Source: Mobula hypostoma
Lineage: Eukaryota
Length of the DNA: 64,000 nucleotides
Direction of reading: 5' to 3'
Assembly: GCF_963921235.1 (NCBI RefSeq)
Contig: NC_086097.1
Location: forward strand, 193,690,001-193,754,000
The notes under the pieces were generated by a model. That model worked only from the letters and a program-made list of their open reading frames with translations. It was not told the DNA's origin and searched no databases. The first letter of the stretch is position 1; each line of letters starts with the position of its first letter. The translations under genes and the position numbers were made by a program. Below, piece after piece: positions 23,849 to 37,057 of this stretch.

Positions 23849-25978
23849 AAACATAGAAACATAGAAACATAGAAAATAGGTGCAGGAGTAGGCCATTCGG
23901 CCCTTCGAGCCTGCACCGCCATTTATTATGATCATGGCTGATCATCCAACTCAGAACCCAGCCTTCCCTCCATACCCCCTGATCCCCGTAGCCACAAGGG
24001 CCATATCTAACTCCCTCTTAAACATAGCCAATGAACTGGCCTCAACGGTTTGCTGTGGCAGAGAATTCCACAGATTCACCACTCTCTGTGTGAAGAAGTT
24101 TTTCCTAATCTCGGTCCTAAAAGGCTTCCCCTCTATCCTCAAACTGTGACCCCTCGTTCCGGACCTCCCCAACATCGGGAACAATCTTCCCGCATTTAGC
24201 CTGTCCAATCCCTTTAGGATCTTATACGTTTCAATCAGATCCCCCCTCAATCTTCTAAATTCCAACGAGTACAAGCCCAGTTCATCCAGTCTTTCTTCAT
24301 ATGAAAGACCTGCCATCCCAGGAATCAATCTGGTGAACCTTCTTTGTACTCCCTCTATGGCAAAGATGTCTTTCCTCAGATTAGGGGACCAAAACTGCAC
24401 ACAATACTCCAGGTGTGGTCTCACCAAGGCCTTGTACAACTGCAGTAGTACCTCCCTGCTCCTGTACTCGAATCCTCTCGCTATAAATGCCAGCATACCG
24501 TTCGCCTTTTTCACCGCCTGCTGTACCTGCATGCCCACTTTCAATGACTGGTGTATAATGACACCCAGGTCTCGTTGCACCTCCCCTTTTCCTAATCGGC
24601 CACCATTCAGATAATAATCTGTTTTCCTATTTTTGCCACCAAAGTGGATAACTTCACATTTATCCACATTAAATTGCATCTGCCATGAGTTTGCCCACTC
24701 ACCCAACCTATCCAAGTCACCCTGCATCCTCTTAGCATCCTCCTCACTGCTAACACTGCCACCCAGCTTCGTGTCATCCGCAAACTTGGAGATGCTGCAT
24801 TTAATTCCCTCATCCAAGTCATTAATATATATTGTAAACAACTGGGGTCCCAGCACTGAGCCTTGCGGTACCCCACTAGTCACCGCCTGCCATTCTGAAA
24901 AGGTCTCGTTTATTCCCACTCTTTGCTTCCTGTCTGCTAACCAATTCTCCACCCACACCAATACCTTACCCCCAATACCGTGTGCTTTAAGTTTGCTCAC
25001 TAATCTCCTGTGTGGGACCTTGTCAAAAGCCTTTTGAAAATCCAAATATACCACATCTACTGGTTCTCCCCTATCCACTCTACTAGTTACATCCTCAAAA
25101 AATTCTATGAGATTCGTCAGACATGATTTTCCTTTCACAAATCCATGCTGACTTTGTCCGATCATTTCACCGCTTTCCAAATGTGCTGTTATCACATCCT
25201 TGATAACTGACTCCAGCAGTTTCCCCACCACCGACGTTAGGCTAACCGGCCTATAATTCCCCGGTTTCTCTCTCCCTCCTTTTTTAAAAAGTGGGGTTAC
25301 ATTAGCCACCCTCCAATCCTCAGGAACTAGTCCAGAATCTAACGAGTTTTGAAAAATTATCACTAATGCATCCACTATTTCTTGGGCTACTTCCTTAAGC
25401 ACTCTGGGATGCAGACCATCTGGCCCTGTGGATTTATCTGCCTTCAATCCCTTCAATTTACCTAACACCACTTCCCTACTAACATGTATTTCACTCAGTT
25501 CCTCCATCTCACTGGACCCTCTGTCCCTTACTATTTCTGGAAGATTATTTATGTCCTCCTTAGTGAAGACAGAACCAAAGTAATTATTCAATTGGTCTGC
25601 CATGTCCTTGCTCCCCATAATCAATTCACCTGTTTCTGTCTGCAGGGGACCTACATTTGTCTTTATCAGTCTTTTCCTTTTTACATATCTATAAAAAGCT
25701 TTTACAATCCGTTTTTATGTTCTCTGCCAGTTTTCTCTCATAATCTTTTTTCCCCTTCCTAATTAAGCCCTTTGTCCTCCTCTGCTGAACTCTGAATTTC
25801 TCCCAGTCCTCAGGTGAGCCACTTTCTCTGGCTAATTTGTATGCTACTTCTTTGGAATTGATACTATCCCTAATTTCCCTTGTCAGCCACGGGTGCACTA
25901 CCTTCCTTGATTTATTCTTTTGCCAAACTGGGATGAACAATTGTTGTAGTTCATCCATGCAACCTTTAAATGCTTGCC
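23849..25978 (-). mobile_element. Young 5'-truncated CR1-clade LINE with near-intact RT ORF
   Basis: 557-aa stop-free ORF ([41 protein letters not shown]); upstream part offset by one extra T near 25695; (tttctatg)n tail. Confidence 0.95.
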
Positions 25979-26343
25979 ATCACTTAACCCTGGAACAACT
26001 GGACAGCAAAGGTGCATACATCATGATGTTCTTTATTGACTACAGCTTAGCATTCAATACCATCATCCCCTCAACACTAATCAGTAAGCTTCAAGACGTT
26101 GGAATCAATACCTTCTTGTGCAACATCTCCTCAACAACTTCCATCAGTAAAGGCGTGCCAGAAGGCTAAGTGCTTAACCCCTTGCTCGACTTTCTCTGAC
26201 AGACATCCCATCCCCCGGAAGTTCCGGGAGTCTCCCTCATATAGATAGTGGCTCCCTGACACCCAGAAATTATATACAATATCCCGGAAATAGATTTCTT
26301 TGAGAGGGAGAGCGAGCATCTTGATTGGTTTCTCTTCATGCTA

Positions 26344-27630
26344 CGATTGGTCCCCAACCACCGGGCCACGAGGAAACAATATGATTTGGTGATATGAAAC
26401 AATATGAGTCAGCTGCACCTTTCCTCATTCCGTCACGCACTGTTGAATTTTAACGCACGCGAGGTCATCAGTGACCCAAGACATGCAAAGGAATGGGTTT
26501 GTGACCCATTTGTGAATGTCCCTGGTGAATCATCCATGTCAGTGCAGGAAAAAGGTCAACTCCTCAAGCTTGTGAATGACGACAGGCTGAAAAGTATGTT
26601 TGACATAACATCTCTGCTGGCATTCTGGATCAAAGTCAAGGCTGAATATCCTGAGACAGCAACGAAAGCACTGAAAACGTTGCTTCCATTTCCAACATAT
26701 TTCTGTGAAGTGGAGTTTTCTGCAATGAATGCAACGAAAACTAAATTGCGGATAGACTGGACATAAGGAACCCCCTTCGAGTGATTCAGCGATATTGGGG
26801 TGTTGCAATGATTTTATATGTTCTTACGAGGAAAATATGCACCGTGTGTTTAATATCCAAACGCTACTTAAAATGTTATGATGCTATTGACTTATAAGTG
26901 GCTTATAATTCTGTGGTCCCCAACCTTCGGGCCGCGAAGAATACAGCGGTGGCCGGAACACACCCAGCACATCTTTAAGAAAAAAGCCGAAATAAACAAG
27001 CTAATTGATTAGGTGCCACCCGGCACGTAAATGTCAGCCCAGATCAGAGGCGATTGCCGATTGCGTCGTCTCTGATCTGGGCCAACATTTACATGCCGGG
27101 CTGCACCTAATCAATTAGCTTGTTTATTTTGGCTTTTTTCTTAAAGATGTGCTGGGTGCGTTCTGGCTACCGCTGTACCGCTGCATTGTTCGCAGCCCAG
27201 AGGTTTGGGACCACTGTTATAATTGACTTATCACTACATTCATGTGAGGAAAATATGTGCTGTGTTTAATATTAAATTCGTTAGATAAGCCCCTTTAGAA
27301 ACGAAATTGAGTGTATTAGCCACTTACAAGTGACTTATAGTTGACTTATCACCTATACAACATTTAAAAAACTTGGACTGGTACATGGATGAGAGGGAAT
27401 ATGGTCTGGTTGCAGGTCAGTGGGACTAGGCAGAAAAATGGTTCGGCACAGCCAAGAAGGGCTGTGCTGTTTCTGCACAGTTTCTGTGCTGTAGTGTTCT
27501 ATGGTTCTATATTCCGGTCATGTTTAACACCAACACCCACCACCCCACCCCCCTGACTGGGTCGGCCGGTCCGCAAGAATATTGTCAATATTAAACTGAT
27601 CTGCGGTGCAAAAAAGGTTGGGGACCCCGA
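26344..27630 (+). mobile_element. hAT Charlie/Buster remnant with C-terminal dimerisation domain
   Basis: AFWIKVKAEYPETATKALKTLLPFPTYFCEVEFSAMNATKTKLR; ends tggtccccaacc / ggttggggacccc. Confidence 0.8.
26911..27216. mobile_element. Palindromic hAT MITE
   Basis: TIRs ctgtggtccccaac / gtttgggaccactg; near full-length fold-back; 8-bp TSD ttataatt at 26903-26910 and 27217-27224. Confidence 0.9.
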
Positions 27631-28880
27631 TTTAAGCTAGCTGGCTAGCTGCCAGGGAGCTACGCTATTGATGTCCTACTTGATGAGGCCAAACTCCCTG
27701 TAGACTTGCTTGAAGTTATAATAGAATAAACATGATAATATAAGTACATATTTTAATGTCACATTTGCTGCATATACCCAACTTGGTTTACAGATTAGAC
27801 AAAATCACTAAACAAAGTATTACAAACACCCTTGGAGGTTGACCGTGGGGGGTGGGGGGGGGGATATGGGGTTGCGGGGAGCAGGGGTGCTACCTCCCTG
27901 AAATGAGTTTTTGCAGTGTGGGATGTCTGCTATGACTGTGTGGCTAAGCACAACTCGAATGCCATATTTCATTTTGCAGACAACAACATTATTGTAGGCC
28001 AAATCAAAGATGGTAAGGAATTTGCATGTAGGAAGGAGACCGAAAATCTGGCTAAGTGTGCCATAAAAACAACCACATTGTCCAGAAAGACCTGGTTATT
28101 AACTTCAGGAGGAGGAAATTGGTGGTCTATGAAGCAGTCCTCATCAGGCAATCAGAGGTGGACAGGGTCAGCAACTTTAAATTCCTCAATGTTATCATTT
28201 CAGAGGACCTGTCCTGGCCTAGCACTCAAGTACAATTACGAAGAAAGCAAGGCAGCACCTCTACTTCCTTAGAAGTTTGCGAAGATACGGCATGACATCT
28301 AAACCTTTGACAAAATTTTATTGATGTCTCGTCTCATCTCATCAATATACTCTGTGGTGGAGAGTATGTTGGTATATTGACCAGCTGCATCACAGTCTGG
28401 TATGGAAACACCAATGCCCTTAAATGGAAAAGCCTACAAAAAGTAGTGAGTATGTCCCAGTCCATCACGGGTAAAGCCCTCCCAATCATTGAGCACATTA
28501 ACATGGAGTGCTGTCACAGGAAAGCACTATCCATCATCAGGGCCCCCCACCACCCAGTACATGCTCTCTTCTCACTGCTGCCATCAGGAAGAAGGTACGG
28601 GAGCCTCAGGACTCCCACCATCAGGTTCAGGAACAGTTATTGTTCCTCAACCATCAGGCTCTTGAACCAAAGGGAATAACTCCACTCAGCTGCACTTGCT
28701 CCATCACTGAACTGTTAACACAAACTATGGACTTACTTTCAAAGACTCTTCGTCTCGTGTTCTAAATATTTATTGCTAGCAGTGCCGACATACCATAAAT
28801 AGTTAAAATATCAGTAAATTTAGCACTTTGTAGACACTTTGATTCATTTGTTGATTTTTATTCTTCTTTGCTTGTGCTAG

Positions 28881-29064
28881 TGTGTGGCAGGCACTGAGGA
28901 CTGGCAGAGAGTTAATCCAGAAATCCCCGTGAAGTCTCCACGCTTTGCATTGTTTGATCTGGCTGAGGGTAAATCATACCGTTTCCGTGTCCGCTCGGCT
29001 AACTCTGCTGGTATTGGTGAGCCTTCTGAAGCAACAGAATTTACTGAAGTAACAGATAAACTTG
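28881..29064 (+). CDS. MYOM1: MYOM1 exon, My5 second half (CVAGTEDWQRVNPEIPVKSPRFALFDLAEGKSYRFRVRSANSAGIGEPSEATEFTEVTDKL)
   Basis: gctAG / GTgagt; PVKSPRFALFDLAEGKSY motif. Confidence 0.95.
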
Positions 29065-29558
29065 GTGAGTATGAACCACACAAGCAACTTTCTTCATGTT
29101 ACCACGCACCTGCACTACCTGTCCCCAGAGTATTTCAAAATAATGGTTGACAGGATGTCACCATTATTGGATTAGGCTCTGAAACATACTTCAGGTAGGC
29201 TATGGGTTAGAGCTTGCAATGTTAGTTATTCTGTCTGATGTTTTGTGCTCTTCCCTTCTGTTTGTGTTGTATACCCTGAATCTTGTCTGTTATTTGTTTT
29301 GCTGTAAATTTGTGAAGAGTTTTTCAACTACATCAAGAAACACAGTCTAGCTGATCAGACAAAAGTCAGGTTACATCTTCCACACAAATTCTAAAAGTTT
29401 ATTTTGGAGCACATTACCTACCAAACAACAAAATAAAATGCTGAGAGTGATTTTTAATGAATAACTTATCTTACAGACTAGGGGAGGTTTAAGGCTAATT
29501 AAGGTTGCTCTGTTGATATAATCTTTTTGTTATGCATTTTGTTATTTTTTTCTTCCAG

Positions 29559-29733
29559 ATGTTCCGAAAGCACCTGGTCATATTATACCTTCAAGGGACA
29601 CAGACACTTCTATGGTCATAAGTTGGGAAGAATCAAAAGATGCAAAGGAGTTGGTTGGATACTATATTGAAGGAAGCATCAATGGATCTGGAAAATGGGA
29701 GCCATGCAATAACAAACCAGTGAAAGGAAAAAG
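29559..29733 (+). CDS. MYOM1: MYOM1 exon, Fn3 My6 first half (DVPKAPGHIIPSRDTDTSMVISWEESKDAKELVGYYIEGSINGSGKWEPCNNKPVKGK)
   Basis: ttccAG / GTagta; WEESKDAKELVGYYIE motif. Confidence 0.95.
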
Positions 29734-31392
29734 GTAGTATCATGGCTTTTAGAGGGACTGGGACAAATAAAGGAGTAGAAGGACTTGGATAGAATCACAT
29801 TGAATGAGATAAAATGGAGGGTGAGACTGCATGGAGAGTTTGCTGCAGGGTTTGTAAGTAGCCATTAACCCTAGCAGAAGGACTGTAGGACTAGCTGCAA
29901 GAAATTTGCTTTCAAGTCTCTGATATTGTAAATTGTGGAAGTAGTTCTGGTGATCTGGACCTACTGTAAGTCACCACATTTGAATGCACAGCTTATTGTA
30001 ATTATTTTCCTTCAGTCCCCAACTAAATCAAAATGTTATCAGATATGAATGTGGCAGTTAGAGATGTCTGATGGATACTTCAGCACAGATGTCTTTATCT
30101 TATTATGGGCCCTGTGCTCAATAGAATTTTGCTGCCAAGTTCCCCATTTGAAAGAAGCATGAGCTTCCAAAGCATTGCTAACTTAACATGTTGTAATGCA
30201 CAATTCTAATCCTAATTCTTTCGAGCAAAAGGCATTATTACAATTATTGGACATCAAACATAATAATACAAAGTAGTGTCAGTCAGATTGGCAAACTGAT
30301 TGGCTGAAGACAAAATTGGTGTGGAGAAAAGCTGGACATATGAATGGGGAAGAAAGGAGTATTTCTGAAGCAGTAAGGTGGTGTGTAAGTTTGGAAATGA
30401 ACACAAAGCAAATTAGTTAATGATATAGTAGATGTCTTAAATGCTCCTTTAATACTGAACACTCCAAATTAGGCTTGTTTTAATATGATGGTCTAGGTGG
30501 TTCTTTTGTGCAGCCAAGGATTTTATACAAGTGATATCAAAGTTTATGTTTGTTGCCCGATGACTTGACATGGACCTGCTCAATCAAACTTGCAGAGGTG
30601 GGCTATGCTTGCACAAAGTACATGATCCATTCTTCATAACTTACGTAAAATGTATCATGTGGGAGGTTCTTTGCCTGCTATCTTCAGCTCTGAATTAAAA
30701 GAAAAAAAACAGTCTTCAGAGGCACCCATCACAATCTAGAAGGTATCACAATATACTTTACAACCATTAAATACATTTTTAAAGTGTGGTCTCAATGATA
30801 ATGTAAGAGATACAATTGATGCAATATAAACTCCATAAATAGAAATATTTGTGATATTAATTGAGTGTTAAATGTGTTCTGATTTTTTTTTGAAAATAGT
30901 ACCATGAGGATTTTCTGAATACAACTCATAGAGGAAGTAAATTTTAATCTAAAAGATGTGCCACTGACAAAGTGGTGACTAGTTCTGAGAAGCGCACCAA
31001 GTTGCTTGATATTTTACTCTTATTCCTTTTAACTTTCTTATTTTTTGGAAGGACTCGTGCTGAATCATCTGATCATAATGAATGAAGGAAAGTATAATTG
31101 CCTATCATTAGGCATTGAAAGCAGATTATTGCAAGATGCAGGCAGTTTGAGATTAGTCTGCACCAAATCCTTGATACCATAACAATGAATAGAACTCTTT
31201 ATAAACTTTAACATTAACCTCAAGGAATGGAAACAGAGTTGGATAATTGCTGTTGAGTAGCAAATTAAAGTTTTCAACTAAGATAAGATATTATGGCAAC
31301 ACATACAAAACACCTGGGGATCTCAGCAATTCAGGCAACATCTATGTAAGGAAATAAACATTCAAGGTTTCAGGCCTAAACCCTTCATCAGG

Positions 31393-33170
31393 TCAGGGAT
31401 TATTCAGAAATTTGATGGTAGAGAGGAAAAAGCTTTTCCTAAAACTTTGAATGTGTGCCTTCAGCCTCCTGTACCTCCTCTCTGATGATAATAATGAGAA
31501 GAGGGCATGCCTTGAGCTACCAGCTTTTACAGACGTCCTTGACGGTGGGGAGGCTTGTGCCCATGATGGAGCTGTCTGAGTCTCCCACTCTGTATAGCTT
31601 CGTATAACTGTGTGCATTGGAGCCTCCAATCAGTTGGTGATGCAACCTCAGAATGCTCTCCACAGTACTTCTGTAAAAATCTGCTCGAGTCTCTAATGGC
31701 ACATCAAATCTCTACAAACATCAATGTAGTATAGCTAGTGGCATGCCGCCTTCATGATTGCATCAATATGTTGGGTCCAGGTTAGATTCTCCGAGATGTT
31801 GGCAGCCAGAAACATGAAGCTGCTCACCCTCTCCACTGCCTTACCCCTTGATGAGTACTGGTGTATGTTTTCCCATCTTCCCATTCCTGATGTCTACAAT
31901 CAATTCCTTGGTCATACTGACACTGAGTGGAAGGTTGCTGCTGTGATACCACTCAACCAACTTATCAAACCCACTTCTGCATTCCCTTTGCCCTCTGAGG
32001 TTCTGTCAACAAAACAGTGTCATCAGCAAATTTATAGATGGAGCTTGAGCTTTAAATAGCTGCACAGTCATAAGTGAAGAGAGAGTAGATCAGTGGGCTA
32101 AGCACACATCCTTGATGTGCCCCTTTTGATTATCAGTGAGGAGGAGATGTTATTACTGATTTGCATTGACTGAGGTCCCCTGATGAGGAAGCCAAGGATG
32201 CATTTGCAGAGGGCAGTGCAGAAGCCCGGGTTTTGACGCTTGTTGATTAGGACTGAGGGGGTTGCTAAGTTGTAATCAATAAACAGCAATAATGTAACTA
32301 TTGCTGTTGTCCAGTTGGTCCAAGTCCAAGTGGAGAGCCAGTGAGATTGCAATGTGTAGTGGTAGGCAGATTGCAGTGGGTAAAGGTCCTTGATCAGGCA
32401 GCTCTGACCATCCTCTCAAAGCATTTCATCACAGCAAACATGAGTGGTATTGGCGATCAACACTGAGACAGCTCCCTTTGCTCTTCTTGGGCAGCAGTAT
32501 GATTGATGCCCTCATGAGCAGGTAGGAACCTCTAACAACATCAGTGAGAGGTTGAAGATGTCCTCGAACTTTCCAGCCAGTTGTCTAGCACAAGATTTCA
32601 GTACGCTGCCAGGTTACTAAGGCCTTGCAAGGATTCATTCTTTTGAAGGATGTTCTGATGTCAGCCTCCAAAACAAAGATCGGAGGGTCACCAGATGTAG
32701 TGAGGATTTGCAAAGGTGTAGTTTTATTTTTCCTTTCAAAGCATGCATAAAAACCATTGAGTATCAGTGAGTGAAGCATCGCTGAGAAAACATCACCTAT
32801 GCCGCTGGGTTTTAATGTATAAGAAGTAATGGAATGCAAATTCTGGCACAGTTATCCTGCATCCAATTCCATCTCTAACTTCACATGGAATTGCCCTTTT
32901 GTTCTTGTCTTGACCTTCCATAGGTCCATTTTTCTACTTGTAGGGTTCTGTATGACCAGTCTTGAATGCTATCGATCTATCCCTCAATAGACCATGAACC
33001 TCCTGGTTCACTCAGTTTTTGGTGTGGGGATGTCCGGTAGGTTCTCGAAGGTACACACTTATCCACAAGGGTCTGTGGCACGGTGATGACTATGATATAC
33101 TCATTCAGATCTGAAGATAAATACCCGAATATGGTCCAGTCTACTGATTCAAAGCAGTCCTGTAATCATC
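31393..33170 (-). mobile_element. Rex1/Babar LINE remnant
   Basis: FYRSTVESIL, HALFSLLSSERRYRRLK and LLFIDYN motifs on the minus strand. Confidence 0.8.
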
Positions 33171-33980
33171 GATAATCAGACAAGAAATAGAATACATTCA
33201 CTAAATATTTTCAGCCATATGGGGCCAAAATATTAATTAAGTACAAAGCTCCCGATGTTTCCTCCAGCTGAATCTGACTGAATATTAAGGATAAAAAAGA
33301 TGCTGGCAATAGAGAGAGAGATACAAAACACTGCAGTTACTGGAAGAGAATAGTGGAGATACTCAGCAGGAGTGCCAGCTTGTAGGGAAAGCGAGACAAT
33401 AGCACAGCTTCGTGACTTCTCATCAGAATGACCAGTCCTGTTACAAACAAAGGCTGGTTTTCTGAAATAGCTTATTCCAGTGTTGACTGCTGAGAGCTGT
33501 AAAGTGCCAAACTGAAAGCAAATATACTGTATCTCAAGCTTATGTTAGGCCTTGTTTGTGGAACATAAGAGCTTGAAAACAAAGGTCAGAAAGGGACTAA
33601 TAATATAGTCCAATATGATTTTAAATACACACGTGATGCTGGAAGTTCAGAGTAACACACAAAAAGGTGGAGGAACTCAGTGGATCAGGCAAGATCTATG
33701 GACAGGAATAAATAGTCTATATTTCGGGCTGTTCATTCTGAGACCCTTCATCAGCCTAGATGAACATTCACTATCTATTTCCCTTCATAGATGCTGCCTG
33801 ACCTGCTGACTTCCTCCAGATTTTAATTCACCTCTGTGTAAAGAAAAAAAAATTGAAAATAGCATTGTTTTGTGATTTAGAGAAGAAGCATTCATTAAAA
33901 TAAACAAATACTCCAGTTATAGACCTATATAAATTTATGATAAATTAATTGATGTTATGAATGTTATTTTGGTTTTGAAG

Positions 33981-34102
33981 GTTTATATGTCATGGGCTAC
34001 ACACCGGGGAGTTATACAAGTTCCGAGTCAGGGCTGTCAATGCAGCTGGCCTCAGTGAATACTCACAGGAATCTGAGGCACTGGAAGTCAAGGCAGCTTT
34101 AG
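33981..34102 (+). CDS. MYOM1: MYOM1 exon, My6 second half (FICHGLHTGELYKFRVRAVNAAGLSEYSQESEALEVKAAL)
   Basis: tgaAG / GTatgt; FRVRAVNAAGLSEYSQ motif. Confidence 0.95.
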
Positions 34103-35759
34103 GTATGTAAAGCACTCATTTTTGAAAGTTAATTTGTTAATTTTAGGGAAAATAAAGTGCATAATAGTTTGCTTATTTTTGAAAGTGTATTTACTTATTG
34201 TCGAAAGCAGATGTATTCATTTTGGAAATGCATTCATTTCTGTGTTTATTTCTTAATTGATCACAGATGATTTTCACAGTACCATTTGTATCACATTTCC
34301 ACCCTCGATGTCATAAGTCGTTGTTCTGATCATGCGCTGCCTGTATCACAAGGAAAGTGTATTCCTTTTCACTGTGCCTATCCATTAGCCACCGTACAAA
34401 ATCTCACTTGAGTCTGCTTCACAGTCAAAAGTTTCAAAACTTAACAGAATCATAGGTTATCATCTTTGCTCCAGCACAATGTAATGTATAATGCACAAGA
34501 CCATCCAGTGCATATCTTGTTCACAAATAAACCATCTAATATCTTTTCTAATCTGCATTTACCATCACTTTGTTTGCTACCTGTTTAACAGTAATCTTTT
34601 AATGTGTGTTCCCATGCTGCTGGTGCATGCTCTAATAAATTATTTTCTTCCTTATAAACTGCTATTGTGTGAAATGTCTACCTACAAATATCAAAAACTA
34701 ATCTATGCACTTCTTACTTACTATCATTTAATATTTTCATGTTATATTTAGGTAAAATAATTTATATAAATAAGATTTCACAGATTTAAATGCAATTATA
34801 ATGATTGAATTCTAGTTTGGATCAACAATGTATTCTTTGAACAACTTTCAAATTCTTGTCAGGCATTAAAGATAATTAGATTAATTGTGAAAATTAAATC
34901 TAAAATAATAACTGAAAATGGTGGAAACATTCAGCAAATCAGACAGCATCTATGAAAGGAGAAAAGGATTTAATTTGAAAAAGTTGTAATGCTAAGATTA
35001 TAATGCAAAAGATTTTTTAAAAATCTGGACATTTACTAAGCCAAATAGCTAACAAAATGCCTTTCCTTTATTGGCTGAGTACCTTATAATGATCATGGTT
35101 ATTTTTGGTACATGGAGTGTCATACATAATATCTCTGCTGTGCTGTGGTTATTTATTCCTGGTTAAAACATCTGTCAGAGCAGCTGTGGAACTAAAAGTT
35201 CTTAGATTTGAGCTTTTGGGCTGTGAATCCGTCAGACAAGTTTTACTCAAGCTGTTTGTAGGGCATTTGTTTGGGGGACTTTGTCGTTAATGTGTTCATG
35301 TGGCCGTTTCAGAGATTTAGGTTTCAATTGTAGATTTGGCCCATGGTCCTTTTGTGACTACGCACTTCCTCTTTAGCTTTATATGGTATATTTTCTTTAT
35401 TTTTGTTACCTCATGCCATTTTATTTTATATCAGTCCTTTTGTTTCCCTACAAATGATATCTTCACTGTAACAGAAACTGTGCTTTGAAGTGAATAGAGA
35501 GCAATGTTGTACAATGCCTGACTTCCTCTAAGTTAGTGGTAATGACAGACTGTCCTGGTTATCATGAGAACAACGTTTGCTACTTACAAGCACCAAACTT
35601 CTCATGCACCTTTTGTGTCAGATTTCTTCCTTTTTCTTCAATGCCTCTTATTATTTTTTTTTCTCTATGCACTATACTGCTGCCAAATACAACAAATTTC
35701 ACATCATATAAGACAGTGAAAATTATTCTGATTCTGGTTTAGAAGTAGATTGTGAAGTC

Positions 35760-36380
35760 GAGTACTTCTTATCATACCAGGAGACCACTTAATATTCAGC
35801 AGCCGATAGAAGCTTCCTTAAGCCTGGTGTTTGTGCTTTCAGGTTCTTGAAGCTTCTGTCCAGTGGGGGTGGGGGTGGTGGAGAGAATGCCTGGAGTGGG
35901 TGGTGTCTTTAATTATGTTGACTCTTTTAGCAAGTGTAGACAGAATCCATGAAGGGGAGACTAGTTCCCAAAATTATGCTGAGCTGTGTCCACAGTTTCT
36001 TGTCATGGGCAGAGCAATTGCCAATCCAAGCCATGATGCATCCGGGGAGGATGCTTTCTCTGGTGCATCAATAAAAATAGTGAGGTCAATGGGGACGTGT
36101 CAAATTTTCTGACTCTTTAGCCTGCTGAGGAAGTAGAGGTGCTGGTGAGCATTCTTGACCATGATATTTACATGCTTGGACAATGACGCTATCTCCTTCC
36201 TGTACTCCCAATACAACTAGCTATGGTGGTATCATCTGCAAACTTGCAGATAGAGTCAGGTAGAATCTGACCGCTCAGTATTAAGTGTATAGTGAGTAGA
36301 GTAGGGGCCTGAGGGCACAGCCTTGTGGGGCACCAGTGTTGAGAATAATCATGGCAGAGATGTTGCAGCCTATCCTATCT
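35760..36380 (-). mobile_element. Degenerate Rex1/Babar fragment
   Basis: complement of NTGAPQGCAL and KFADDT-type motifs (ggtatcatctgcaaact; cagccttgtggggcaccagtgttgag). Confidence 0.65.
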
Positions 36381-37057
36381 ATCAAGAACAGATTTATTCC
36401 GTAAATCTTCATTAATTTAATTTTTCTTTATTGAACAAATTACTGTGTTATAAGCATAAAAAGATTTGCTGATACTAGTTCTTATTACTAAAGTGATTGT
36501 TGAAAACTTTGAGGTATTGCTAAACAAATCAAATAAAATTATATTCTGCCCAAAAGAAGTAAAGAAAAACCTTCAGAATCTGGGAATCTAAAACAAAACC
36601 AGAAAGAGAAACACAGTTAACATTTCAGATCCGTTGATCAGAACTGTCAAAAAGTCTTGAGCCTGAACTTTAATTCTGTTTCTCTTTACATAGATGTTGC
36701 CTGACCAGCTGAGTGTTTTGCTTAATGTTCTGCCTAACACGTATCAATACAAAGCAATTGCTTACTTAAAGTTTTATACTTTGCTGCTTTCTACATTTGA
36801 TGTTGCATCTTCGAGGTCTGAGCTTTGAGCAATGCTGCTTTGTTTTCCTTTGTATTGTAGTAACAGCTCATGAGAATTTATTGCTCTGTATCTGGTTTAC
36901 TGCCATGTTAAATGTTGAGTAAAAACATATATTTGCATCTCATTCCATGTTTTATGTTAACCATGTATCTTCATTTCTTCATCCTTGAAAAAATGAAGTC
37001 TGTTGTTGAGCAGAGATGTTCTTAGACTGCCTTATTAATTACTTTATTTAACTCTAG

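Larger units (their letters stand above)
26200..27929. mobile_element. Non-autonomous DNA transposon with CAGACATCCCA TIRs (same family as 62738-63460)
   Basis: cagacatccca ... tgggatgtctg; flanks ctctga / ctatga; internal sequence shared in inverse orientation with the 62738 copy. Confidence 0.8.
22860..28770 (+). mobile_element. Rex1/Babar LINE split by nested insertions (pieces 22860-23848, 25976-26199, 27930-28770); a minus-strand Rex1 fragment abuts at 22490-22860
   Basis: FGKSDHLAVFLLP, FPNQKPWMNQEVR, FIDYSLAFNTIIP, FADNNIIVG and LLPSGRRYGSLR in collinear order. Confidence 0.85.

Noticed and set aside
34260..34460. Two CACAG acceptors after the My6 exon as a possible extra cassette exon
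   Set aside because: Both phase-1 readings hit stops within ~17 codons and there is no good donor.
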